Shown: in pieces, positions 46,071 to 58,270 of the stretch
How the letters are laid out: every line of letters begins with the position of its first letter
Position numbering within the stretch: the stretch's first letter is position 1
Assembly: GCF_009914755.1 (NCBI RefSeq)
Contig: NC_060944.1
DNA: 64,000 nt
Origin: the human T2T-CHM13v2.0 reference genome, Homo sapiens
Direction: 5' to 3' (one strand)
The notes under the pieces: generated by a model
What the model saw: the letters and a program-made list of their open reading frames with translations, nothing else
Database searches by the model: none
What the model was told of the DNA's origin: nothing
Translations under genes and position numbers: made by a program

Positions 46071-48240
46071 TACATACACATGCCCTTCTGGCCTCACTGG
46101 GACTCCACCTTGGAGGCCAGAGACATAAATGCAACCCCTTTCCTGCCTTATATACCAGGACTACACGTCACAGTTCACAAGGCCAAACCAGACCCATTCT
46201 CTTACCTGTTCTCTCTCCAGCCCAGTGAGGTGGACAGTGATTATTATTCACCCTATTTTACAGATGCAGAAACTGAGGCTCCAAGATGACCTAGGACTAG
46301 GTCATGCGGTAACGGCCTGGCCACTTTGACTTGGAATCTGGCCCTCAGCTCACCTGTTGTCCCCGGCTCTCTTCTGTTCACTGCCCGCTCTTTCCAACCC
46401 TCGGTCTCAGGCTCCTTGCAGTGACTGCGCTGATTGTCACAAGCCTCGGTTCAGCCCACACCAGTGTGGACAGATGTCTTCCCCTTTCAAGCCTCCATTT
46501 GTTCACCTGCTAAACCTGCCTGCAGATTGCGCTGCACACAATCTAGCACTTCAGGGGCTCATGAAAATGGGAAAGGGGAAGGCTGGGAAAGGGCCATCAA
46601 AGAAGTGGTACTTAGGGGAAGGGAGAAACCCAGTCTTCCATCAATCAGAATAGTTTCACTTTTATCATATGTGTCTGTGTGTGCGTATATGCATATATCC
46701 GCACACACACACACACACCCAGGTTTTGTGACATTTTCTTTTGTAAACAAAAAAGTCCCTTTGCTCAAAAAGAAAGGAAAATGTTTTCAAACAGTTGGAC
46801 TTTGTGAATTCCAAGGGCTTCCTTCCAGTTCTTTTCAGATTTTTGAAAACCAAGTGGGTTGCTCTCAGTTAGAACTCAAGTAGCATGATGGAGAAGGAGG
46901 AAAAAAGGACCTGACTAACGAGGACGTCACTGTGAGACAAAGATCATGCAGGGATCGGCCTGCGGTGTGTCTCATTTCCTGTGGGTAACAGGCACCACAA
47001 TAGTTCTGTGGGTGGTGACAGGCTCGGCTGCCAGCATTCCCCTCCCAGGAAGGCGGTCAGGCAACCCTGGGGAATGTGTCCAGCTTGAAAGTCTTCGAGG
47101 CTTGGTCTTTGGAAAGCGGCAGGGAAGCCCCCCTCCGTCCTCCATCATTGCTGGAGGCCTTGTGACACTGGGACGATGCAGGACTTGGGGTCTAGGGGGC
47201 CTGAGCTGAATGCTGCCTCTGTCTCTTACAACCTGTGGAATGTTCAGCAAAAGACACAGCTTCTTGGAGGCCTGGCTTATGTGTCTGGGAGGTGTGGCAG
47301 AAGCAGTCCCAGCCTGAAGGGATGCTGCCATCCTAAAGAGATGAGGTCTGTAAAGGAGTGTGGTCCCAGAGGAGGGACTCGGTGTCTAGAACTGTAATTA
47401 GTGTCTCAAACCTGTCCACTTCTTGTCACTTCTTCAGGAATCACCAGGCCAATCTCCATCAGCTCTCCCAAGAAATATGACCTGTATTAACTAGCTCCTA
47501 ATGACCTTCAACAGCCATTCTCCACCACAGCAGCAAAATAAAATCTTCGAATGTTATCAACAGGGGCCAAGACTTCTTACTTAATATCTGTGAGTAGCTT
47601 CCCTGCTCAGATAGGATTATGTCTGCATTCCTTGCACAGCCCGTACAGCCTGCATGAGGAGGTCCCCGCCCACGGCTCCAATCTTACTTCCATCATTCTC
47701 CCCCTACCCTACCTCTCCACCCTCAGCAACCACGGCCTTGTTTCTCTTCCTGAAATGTACTAAGCTCACTAAGCTCATTCCCACCCCCGTGCCTTTGCCA
47801 GGGCTGTCCCCTCCTCCTGGAAGAAAGAGCCTTGCTCTCTTCCTGTCTGGCACCTTTAACCTTTCCTGTCTCATCTCAGATGTATCTCCTCAGAGACAAT
47901 TTTGGGATCCACCGATTAAAAGTAGCACACCCCGCCCCCAGACACACTCAGGCAAAAGTAGCACACACCCCCCCATCCATACTCAGGCAAACTCTATCGC
48001 GGGACCTTGTTTATTTCCCTCAGTGATCTCCCAGACCTACAATTTTGTTGGCAAATTTTGTCTTTAATTTTGTAATTTTAACGTTGTAGTTTTAATAATT
48101 TTAACCTTGTTTTTAAACTTATCTACTAATACTTTTTAGCTGCATGCTTCCCCTTCGAATATGAACCCCTGATGTCAGGGACCCTGTCCCCTTTGTTTGC
48201 TGAATATACCTCCAGCGCCTAGTTCAAGGCTTGGCACATG

Positions 48241-48460
48241 TTTCTGCAAAGGGCCAGTTGGCAAAAATTTTAAGCCTTATGAGCCATGCAGTCTAGTCAA
48301 CTAGTCAACCCAACCAGTCAACCCTAGTCATGCAACTAGTCAACCCTCATGTTTTTGTGTGAAAGCAGCTACAGACAACATGTAAATGAATGAACATGGC
48401 AATGTTCCAATAAAACTTTATTTATAGAAACAAGGGTTGCATTTTTAATACCCCTGGTCT
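48241..48460 (+). mobile_element. MER58A (hAT-Charlie)
   Basis: tttctgcaaagggccag...gaaagcagctacagacaacatgtaaatgaatgaacatggcaatgttccaataaaactttattta. Confidence 0.85.
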
Positions 48461-48688
48461 AGCTCACTGCCAGGATTCTAAATATTCTACAAATATTTGT
48501 TAAGTGAATGACCAGATTATTAGAAATCATCTGAACTTTTCCATACCATCTTTCTTTTTCAGCCTTCGTACCTATTGTAGAGGCTGGCTTCTATTAAAAT
48601 AATTAGAAGCCACAGTGTAAATCATTCCCTGGGTGGTGTTCATTTTAAATGAATGAATAAATCATGGGTTAAAAACGTGTAAACTAAG

Positions 48689-48980
<292 letters not shown>

Positions 48981-49998
48981 GAAGTAAACTACAAGAAATC
49001 CAAATACTTTCCCCAACATCTTTCCTGGTCCTTTAGGAACTTGCTACTCAAAGTGTGATCCCTGGATCAGCAGCTTTTGTAGCATCAATCAGGAGCTTTG
49101 TGGCATCCCAAGTTGGACCCCAAAACTACTCAATCAGAATGTGTGTTAATAGATCCCTGGGTGATTCGTGTGCACAGTACATTTTGAGAAGACTTGCGTT
49201 GGCAAATCCAATACAGCCTCACCCACTTGGGTGAAGTCCTTCTCTCAGGGCTACAAACTGGCATTCTTGCTTTACATCAACATCTGCCTTCCTCACATCA
49301 ATGAAACCACTGCAAGGACTACATGATTAGTTTGAAGACTGCACTACACCCAGAAAGAAGAAGCTAATAAGGAACTATTACATCTTGTGGGATAGGAGAG
49401 AGAAGCTATGAGTGTGAATGTGCTTTAGATGGAATGCTTAATAAATATTTTTGGAAGAAAAATGAAAGAAGGAAGAAGGGAAAAAAGGAAGGAAGGAAGG
49501 GAAGAAATTTCAGTGGTTTCCATATGTAAATCAAATGATTAGTGGATACCCACTTTCAGTGTCTCCATTCTCAAAGTGGGTATTTTTTAAACATGCAAGT
49601 AGAAATTGTTAAGTGTGGTTAAAGTTGAGTACAATGTTTTATCGAAGGGTAACAATTTCAAGTAATGTATTCCAACTTTATATATCATATTTTGGTATCT
49701 ATTATTTTAATCTCATCCATTCATTCCTTTGTCTATCAAGCACCTGCTGTTTATGCAGTCCTATTTCAAGTCCTTGAGATACAGCCTTGAACCTGAAAGG
49801 TGGTGCCCTGCCCTCATGGAGCTGGGAGTCCAGTGGTGAAGAGGGGCTTCCATTTTGTAGAGGAGAGTAAAATAAGCACATCTAAAACACCTCCCCACCA
49901 GTCTGCCTAAAATTGCAAGCAGTAAAAAAATTTCCTCTGCATCTAGCAGCCATTGATTCTATAGTCCATGGAGTAACACAATTGTGCATTTATACCCC

Positions 49999-50444
49999 TG
50001 TTAAATTAAATAAGCAGGAGGCCTTTAGCCTGAGGCAGTCTCCTTACTCCCAGTGTCTATGTAACAAACTGCAACCACATTTAGTAAGTAAACAAACCAA
50101 AACCTACCTTATGAGTATCCTTTTTTTTGTAACAAATAGCCATGTTGCAGCCAATCACAAATAGCTGAGCTTCAGCCAATCACAGGCAACCAATTGATCA
50201 GACCATTCCCAAATAAGGCAGACAACTCATCACATCGTGACCAAATAAGGCAAACACCTCATTGTACCCAATCAGATAAGTTTTCTACTTTGCTTCCATG
50301 TTTGGCCTATAAAATCTTACTGCTCATGCCACTGGGCAGTGCTCTCTGAACCTCTTTGGGTTTTGAGTGCTGCCCAATTCATGAACTGTTCTTTGCTCAC
50401 AACATAAAGTGTGTTTAAATTTGATTTGTCTAATTTTTTTAACA
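49999..50444 (+). mobile_element. ERV1 solo LTR (MER57/LTR54-like), antisense to BCAS1
   Basis: TGTTAAA...TTTAACA inverted termini; four CCAAT boxes, two CCAAATAAGG, TATAAAA 50308-50314. Confidence 0.8.
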
Positions 50445-50928
50445 CGTCAAATTGGTATAATATAATGTAAATAAAATCAGCCAATAATGCATTCATTCAT
50501 TCATTCATTCAACAAATATTACCCAGAGCATCTGCTACGCACAAGACACTGAACAAAACTGATGATGATGTTGATGGTGATGATGACGATTACTTCTACA
50601 TGCTGATTGCTCCCTAGGTCTCAGGCACTGTGCTAGGTGACTAGATGCAGTATCTCACCTGTTTCATGAACTCTATGAGTTAGGCATCATTATGTATGAA
50701 CAGATAAAAAATCTGGTTCAGAGAGGCAATAATTTGCTCAAGGTCTCAGCTTGTAAAATGGAGAAGGATTGAACCTGCTGGAAGTCACATAGCAGTTCAA
50801 AAACCCTGAGTGATAGACCCGGGATCCCAGTGTGAAGAGCCACATGTAGAATTTGAAAAACTGACTGGGGCAGATGGTGTTGGGGAAGGAGAGAGCCCAG
50901 AAAGAAGAGGCAAAAAAAATCCACCTAC

Positions 50929-51192
50929 CAGGCCTTTAAAGAAGCCCCCAAGGGACTGCTGCCGCTTCTCAGGTCTCTTTTGGAGCTTGTCCCCATTCTG
51001 CAGTGAGTTCGTGTCCACCGTGGCCTGCTCTGTGCACTGGGCTGGTTCTTTGGCTTCCTGCTTGTTGCTCTTCTGCTTGTTCATCTCGGCTGCTGACTTC
51101 TTGTCCTTCGAGGAGCCCTCTTTACCCTTCTGTGGTGCTCCTGTTGGTTCAGGCTCTGGCGGTGTGATAGTCTTTTCTGTGGAGTCTGATGT
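50929..51192 (-). CDS. BCAS1: BCAS1 penultimate exon, 264 nt, [40 protein letters not shown]...[10 protein letters not shown]
   Basis: gctgtag|ACATCAGAC...GGCCTG|gtaggt; 88 codons with no stop, phase 0-0; overlaps ORF 50797..51084; candidate branch site CACTAAA ~30 nt upstream (51220-51226). Confidence 0.97.
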
Positions 51193-51419
51193 CTACAGCA
51201 ATTTCAAACAAAGTACATTTTTAGTGGCTGCAGGACAACTCTCAATAGCAAGGGAATAAATATGTTAAAACAGAGATGTTCAAATGTTGGGTGGTATCTA
51301 CATTTTCATGAATCCTAGGTGAAATGAATATAAAAAAAGGTAAAATGTGCACTTATGAAGTCATGGTGGGGACATTTATTTAGTTATCTAATAATTCATT
51401 AATACATTTTATGCTATCC

Positions 51420-51786
51420 CAGAAAGCACTCTTTATCCCTTATTCTGGAACCAGAACTTGGCTTTTCCTTGGGGAAACACCCTTCTTCCTCATCTACTCC
51501 GTGTGGTCCAGGCAAACTATTTCCACCTCCAGACAAGAGCATGTGACTTAGGCCTGACTAATCAGAGCATTGTATATGATTGGCCAGCTGTGATTGGCTC
51601 AGCATAGCCAAATGCAGATAACACTGGAGCTAATCTCAGAGCTTTGCTGAAATGAGAGAGAGGCTGGTTCCCTTTCTGTTAGATCTGAAGCTGTGAAAAT
51701 GTAAGACTGGAGCTTCCAGAACCACCAATATTTCTAGGGAAAATCTCCCCGAAAAGGAAGCCAACACAGAGAAAATCACAGCTGAG

Positions 51787-51829
<43 letters not shown>

Positions 51830-51930
51830 CCAGGCATTGATGGTATCATGCGTGCCTCCTAGATCTAGCTGTTCCTGGAGCCCTTTTATGCTTAAGCCAG
51901 CTTTGAAGGGGCTACTCCCACTTGCAACCA
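51420..51930 (+). mobile_element. MLT1K/L-like LTR containing (GA)n at ~51792-51826
   Basis: catgtgacttaggcctgactaatcagagc; gcttaagccagctttg...cacttgcaacc. Confidence 0.6.
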
Positions 51931-53616
51931 CATGCGAGTGTTTTCCTGGGGATGCCCATTCTTTTCTTCATAATTACATCTACCCTAATTTTTGGTGTGA
52001 AATTGTCCTTTTGCTTCATGAAATGGTGGTAAAAGAGATGATTGTTTTATTAGTTTGGAATGTATATCGTTTTTTGTCAAACTGAAAGGTTTACAATCCC
52101 ACATGCTTCCAATAATTTGATGAGATGAGGCTGTAAAATCCAAAAATCTAGTAAATGCAGGCTGGGGTAAGAATAACCATGTGGATATCTTATTTCTCCA
52201 GCTGCAAAAGCAACAAAGGTCCAAAAAAATATTTCTCCAGTATAAGAAAAGCACCAGTTCAAGCAAGGCTGGCTTTGATGTTGGGGAGAAAATTTAGAGC
52301 AGGGGAGACTGAATGTTACATGCCCTGTCCAAAGGGCAACAGTTGCTCTGATCCAGCCAAGAGATACCACGTAGGCTTGCAGCCCCAGTGTGGTCAGAGC
52401 TTCTGTTGTTTCAAGACAACCTTGAAATTAAATTTTAAAAAATGCAAAATGTCAACTTTTAAATATTGACTTCAAAAGTTTTAAAGCCCTGATTGTGGCA
52501 ACTGGCAAACACACTTGACCCACCGGATACATGTGTATAAGCATGATTCATGAAGTTATGTACTGTACCCAGGTAAAAAGTTCTACAACAAGGTAGCAGC
52601 TTTGATGGAGAAGGCATCAACTGTAGGAGAACTTTCTTTTCACACCAGTGAATCATGCACGCCCCTTAGAAGTAAGCGGGAAGACAAACAGCAGAGACTC
52701 CCCGGTCCAGAAGGCCTCCACCGGTGCTCTTCAGAGGGCAGAAGTCCTTGGAGAAAGAAGCAACAGGCATCCAGTGTACCTTGAGAAGCTCTTCTGTAAT
52801 ATATGTCTTGAATACTTCTGGCAGACCCCAACTGTCAGAGTTGCAGCAAATGCTAAGATATGGATGTCCAAGTACAATAGATATCCCAGAGCAGATACTC
52901 TCCTTAGAATGAAACAGAAATTCTCACCACAATGCTCTTCAGAAAGGCCAGAAACCAGAGATCCCAGTTCAAATGCCTTGTTAACTGTTTTTGTTGTGTA
53001 GAAGATTTTAAGATGCAGTGAGTGGCTAAGAACTCAGTGTCTGGAGTCAGAAGGACCTGGTTTGTTTCTAATTCCACCATAACCTTGCTGTGTGACCAAG
53101 GATAAACTGACCTCCTAGTTTCCTCATCTCTATGGGAGCAATAAAAGAAATGACACCTTATGGTGCTGTGAGAATTAAATTAGCTAAAAATGGAAAGGAC
53201 ACACCAGTGTTCTCAAGTCTGAATCCAAGGCTCCGGAAAATAAAATTCCCAATTGGATTCTGAAAACACTCCTAGGTGGGTATAAATAGAAGGATGTTTC
53301 TAGCTTATTTGGATTTGTATGGATGTCATTCCAATTTTAGAATCACCAAGATTATTGGCATAATTCCTTCACTGTAAAATTCCAGACAAAATATACCATC
53401 ATATTTAAGCTTGTCTTAAAAGCTTAAATATGAAGAGTATAGTAAAAAGCAATATATTTCCTGTTTAAAAATGTAGGATAAACCAATTATTATGGAAATA
53501 AAAATACAAAAACATATTTACAGTCATTACCGTCCATTTGTGAGTGTGATATGGGCAACATTATAAGATGGAAATTCCCTATCAGCAGCATAATAGTAAT
53601 AGTAACATATAGACAC

Positions 53617-53996
53617 TGTTAACAATAGAGTTGTGCCCCCACCCCAACGCATATGTTGAATCCTTAACTCCCAATGTGATTATATTTGGAATAGGAAGTA
53701 ATTAAGGTTAAACAAAGGCATAGGGTGGGGCCCTGCCCCAATAGGATTAGTGTCCTTATAAGAAGAGACATTGGCAAGCTTATTCTCTTTCTCTCTCTGC
53801 CGTGTAAGGACACACAAGCAAGAAGGTGGCCATTTACAAACCAGGAAGAGAGTCCTCACCAGGAACCAAACCCTGCTGATTTGGTTACTCCTTAATCCTA
53901 TCCTTTCCAGCCACAAGAACTGCAAGAAAATAAATTTCTGCTTTTAAAGCAACCACCTATGGCATTTTGTTATGGCAGCCCGTGCTGACTAATACA
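53617..53996 (+). mobile_element. MaLR solo LTR (MSTD/MLT1A-like)
   Basis: gattagtgtccttataagaagag, aataaatttctg, ends ttgttatggcagcccgtgctgactaataca. Confidence 0.85.
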
Positions 53997-54935
53997 GTAG
54001 CTAACATGTATTGAGCCCTCTATACCAGAAATGTTCTAAGTGTTTTACATGTATTGATTCATCTAAGTATGACAACCCCATAAGGAAGTACTTTTCATAG
54101 CTCCTTTATATAGATGAGGAAACTGAGGTGCTGACAGATTTGGCAATTTGCCTAAGTCACACAGCAAAAAAAAAAAAAAGTGGCTGAGCCAGGATTTGAA
54201 CCAGACAGTTTGAGTCTACCACTCATTCTTGTAGCCACTTCTCTATATTGTCAAAACTACTAGAAGAATATTTGATGCCATTTTTTGTGGAGGTGTATTT
54301 TTAAATTAAAAAAAGAGTGCAGCTGCATGATCCTATTTAAAAAAAGGAACACATGTAGTTATAAATATGTCATAGCTATGTTTCTTTAGAATAAAGAAAA
54401 TAATGAAAGCAAACTGTGTGACCCCCCGACTCCATGTCTTTATTCTGTTCAAGACATAGATTCTAGTACTTGCCAAACACCATGCAAGGTGATAGAGAAA
54501 TAGAAGAAGGAGACTTCTTGCTCCACAGACATTCCAGACAGACATGAGAAGAAACAGGGGAGATAAATGAATTATTACAATTTGTGATGACGCTATGAAA
54601 TAAAAGAACAATATGTAGTTATGAGAGGCAGATATGGAAGGTCTTTTTGAAGAGGTGACATTTATGGCAAAAAGTGAAGGGTGAGAAGAGATTTTTAATG
54701 CAGAAAAGAGGGAAGCACATGTGTGAAAGTTTTTTGATAGGATAAAGCTGAGGAACTCTAGCTTGTTCATGCTTGTGTCTGCAGACCCCAACATAGTTCT
54801 TGGCATATAGTAGGTGCTTAATCCTGAGATATTAAATGAGTTGGCTGTGGCTGAGAATTTTATTGAAAAGTATACTGTGAAGAAGTGAGAATACACCACT
54901 AATCCCACCACCAAACTGAGTTCGAGGTCACTTAC

Positions 54936-55001
54936 TTGGCAGCTGGAGTCTTTCCCATTTATTTCTTCTGAGTGGGTGATCCCTCCATCCCCTTTCACTG
55001 A
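54936..55001 (-). CDS. BCAS1: BCAS1 internal coding exon (third from last), 66 nt, SVKGDGGITHSEEINGKDSSCQ
   Basis: Minus strand reads ttattttag|TCAGTGAAAGGG...TGCCAA|gtaagt; 22 codons, phase 0-0; peptide recognised as human BCAS1 and in frame with the next two exons. Confidence 0.96.
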
Positions 55002-55531
55002 CTAAAATAACAAACAGACAATGGCCTTCAGCCACAAGTACAGTGACGTGGAGAATGCAAGAAAGTTCTGAAATGGATGATCTCAGTCATTTATCATTGA
55101 GGTTTGGGGTCAAGACAAATGGAAGGCCAACTGGAAACATGTTACTCATTGGATATAGAGATTTCCATGCAATTTCTAACCAGATCTAATTAAATTCAAG
55201 TGTTGGCCTCCAAAAATAACAACAAAAGTACTAAATCCTGGAATTAGGCAATTCTGAGATAAATGATGACGGTTCCAATTAATGTTGGAAGCAGGAGATA
55301 GTTGAACATATTAAATGAAGACTGAATGAACAATTGACCCATGAGTAGCCTTCCACTGGGAATATTTAGGCTGTGGGTGTTTTATTGTTTTTTTTTTTTT
55401 CTCTCCTTGATAGAGATATGAGTTTTGTTTAATATTTCATTTTCCACCCTTTAGCACCCCCTATAGCCAGCAACACCAGTGACAGGGATAAAAGGGGTTG
55501 GACTTGACTCCTTAAACTCCACACTCTAAGC

Positions 55532-55724
55532 TAATGGTTCTAGAAGTATGATTCCAGGACCAGCAGCTTCAGCATCACCTGGGAACTTGCTAGAAAGGCA
55601 AATTCTGGAGACCCAGGCTGGATCTAATCAATCAGAAGCTTTCAGAGGCAGAGGCTCAATGATCTGCATTTTAATAAGCTCTCCAGGTGGTGCTGAGGAT
55701 TGTCTGAGTTTGAGTACCACCGCT
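55532..55724 (+). mobile_element. MER5A
   Basis: ggaccagcagcttcagcatcacctgggaacttgctagaaa...agtttgagtaccac. Confidence 0.8.
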
Positions 55725-56596
55725 CTCAGCAAGTTGGCCATATACAGGTTCAGACTCATGCTGGGGTCTGTGGTTTTAACGGTGCATTTAGTAATGTCCT
55801 ATGCTTAGTGCCTGATACCTAAGAAACCTGGTGATAAAATGTTCGGTTCTTATCAACAACATTGACTCAGGTCTAATTCCCACACGTTTGATCACTGCTT
55901 AATGTCTCCTCTTCCCAGCTAAGGGAGGAGTATAGAGAGCAGGGTTTCAGCCATATGGGGCAAAGAGGAAGACTCCAGATTCCACTGTTATTTATGGCCA
56001 TGGCTGTTCTCTTAGCAGACCGTAAGAATCCACAACACATGCACTAAGAACAGCCAGAAACATTGAAAGCACTCAAATACTTTTTGACTGATTAATATTA
56101 TGTATCTTTGTTGTCTGAGCTACGGTGTTCACATTAGAGATAATACAAATTATTATTTATGAAGGATAATTTTTAGTGGAGTGCTTACTAAGTGCTGGGC
56201 ATTGTGCTAAATGAGATAATAACTTGCATTATTTCATTTATTCATTATGTCAGAACCTTAAGATAGTGGAATTACTTTATTTTTCAGACAAGGAAATGGA
56301 AGCTCAAAGATACTAGCATCACCATGGAACTAGCAGGTTTGAGTGCCAGTGTTGGACAGCAGGCAATGACTCCATATTCCACACTCTAAACCACCTCCCC
56401 ATACTGCCCCTAGAAGGCAAGAGGCACCACTCAATCAATAAACGTTTATTGAGCATTCACTGTATGAAGTTGCTGAATGTTAGATTAAACAAAATGATAA
56501 AAGCTTGGATAAGATGGAGGATGACCAAACTCAAATGTGGATGTTTATGGGATGTCCCCTCATCAGGAGTCAACTGTGCTCTTCTTTATTTTTGAT

Positions 56597-57196
<600 letters not shown>

Positions 57197-57971
57197 TAAT
57201 ATACTGCTTAGTGTGAAAGAGGTGGTGTCTGGAAGTTCCGTGTACTGAGGAACATCATTGGTGCAGGTTTCACTAAGATTGACAAACAAAGATCAGACTG
57301 TCCTCTCCATAAAATTTAGATCTGTCTACATGGAAAGTGGGTTTTTCCTTCCTCCGTGCCTTGTGCATTGTTCTACAAAGGCCAGTCTTGCTTGAGAAGG
57401 TTTAGAAAAAGAAATGAACTGTTGGCTATTTCTTCCCTCCTCATAACCAGCTCTGTCAGCCTTCCCATCACACCCAAAGCTTTGGACACGTAAGGATTTC
57501 ATTCAGCCTCCAAATTCGGGCTGTGTCGTAAGAGCCCTTCCTACTCAAGCCCATTCCCAAGTGGCCTTTACACTGTGGCTTTGGATCATATCTGTCAACC
57601 TTTGGGAATGTTGAGCAGCAAAAAACAAACAAATGCACAAAATGGCTTTTTAGGCAAAAACCGAATGGACATGAAGAGTCACGCATGAGCACTCCACCAC
57701 CTTCTAGAGAATAAAGTTCTCTCACTTGCCCCCTAGGAGACAGGAATTCTAAACTTCCCGTTAGTTGTTTCAATTTGGCATTCATTAGGGACTCTGTCAA
57801 TTTAAGGTTTCAATTTGCTTTCTTTCCCCCCATTTCTTTGAGAGCCCTTGGAGAAGAATTGGGATTGAATCAGAAGGCTGTGTTGACAGCAGCTGATCTC
57901 AGCTGACATCATGAATCATGAAAACAGACCTCCAGGCTGTCAGGGAGATTACTGCAACAAAGTTCAACTTC

Positions 57972-58003
<32 letters not shown>

Positions 58004-58167
58004 GAGAGAGTAACTCAAACTTTTCAGTGATTTTTCTTTATTGCTTATTTTGAGGCATGTAAAGCTGTATGTATGCAAAGGTGACTGAAGTTTGGGTTTA
58101 CACTTAGAATCTTATTAAATCCATCTGAAGTCACTTCTGTAGCAGCAGTTATTATTAATAACAACTG

Positions 58168-58270
58168 TTTCCTTCCTTCCTTCCTTCCTTCTTTCCTTGC
58201 TTCCTTCCTCTCGTCCTCTCTCTCTCCCTCACTTCCCTCCTTTTCTTCTACCCTTCTTTCTTTTTTCTTT
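58168..58270. repeat. (CCTT)n / CT-rich tract
   Basis: Direct reading. Confidence 0.9.

Noticed and set aside
50810-51259. 149-aa + strand ORF antisense to the penultimate exon
   Set aside because: Starts at GTG and is a typical shadow frame of a coding exon; no independent coding signal
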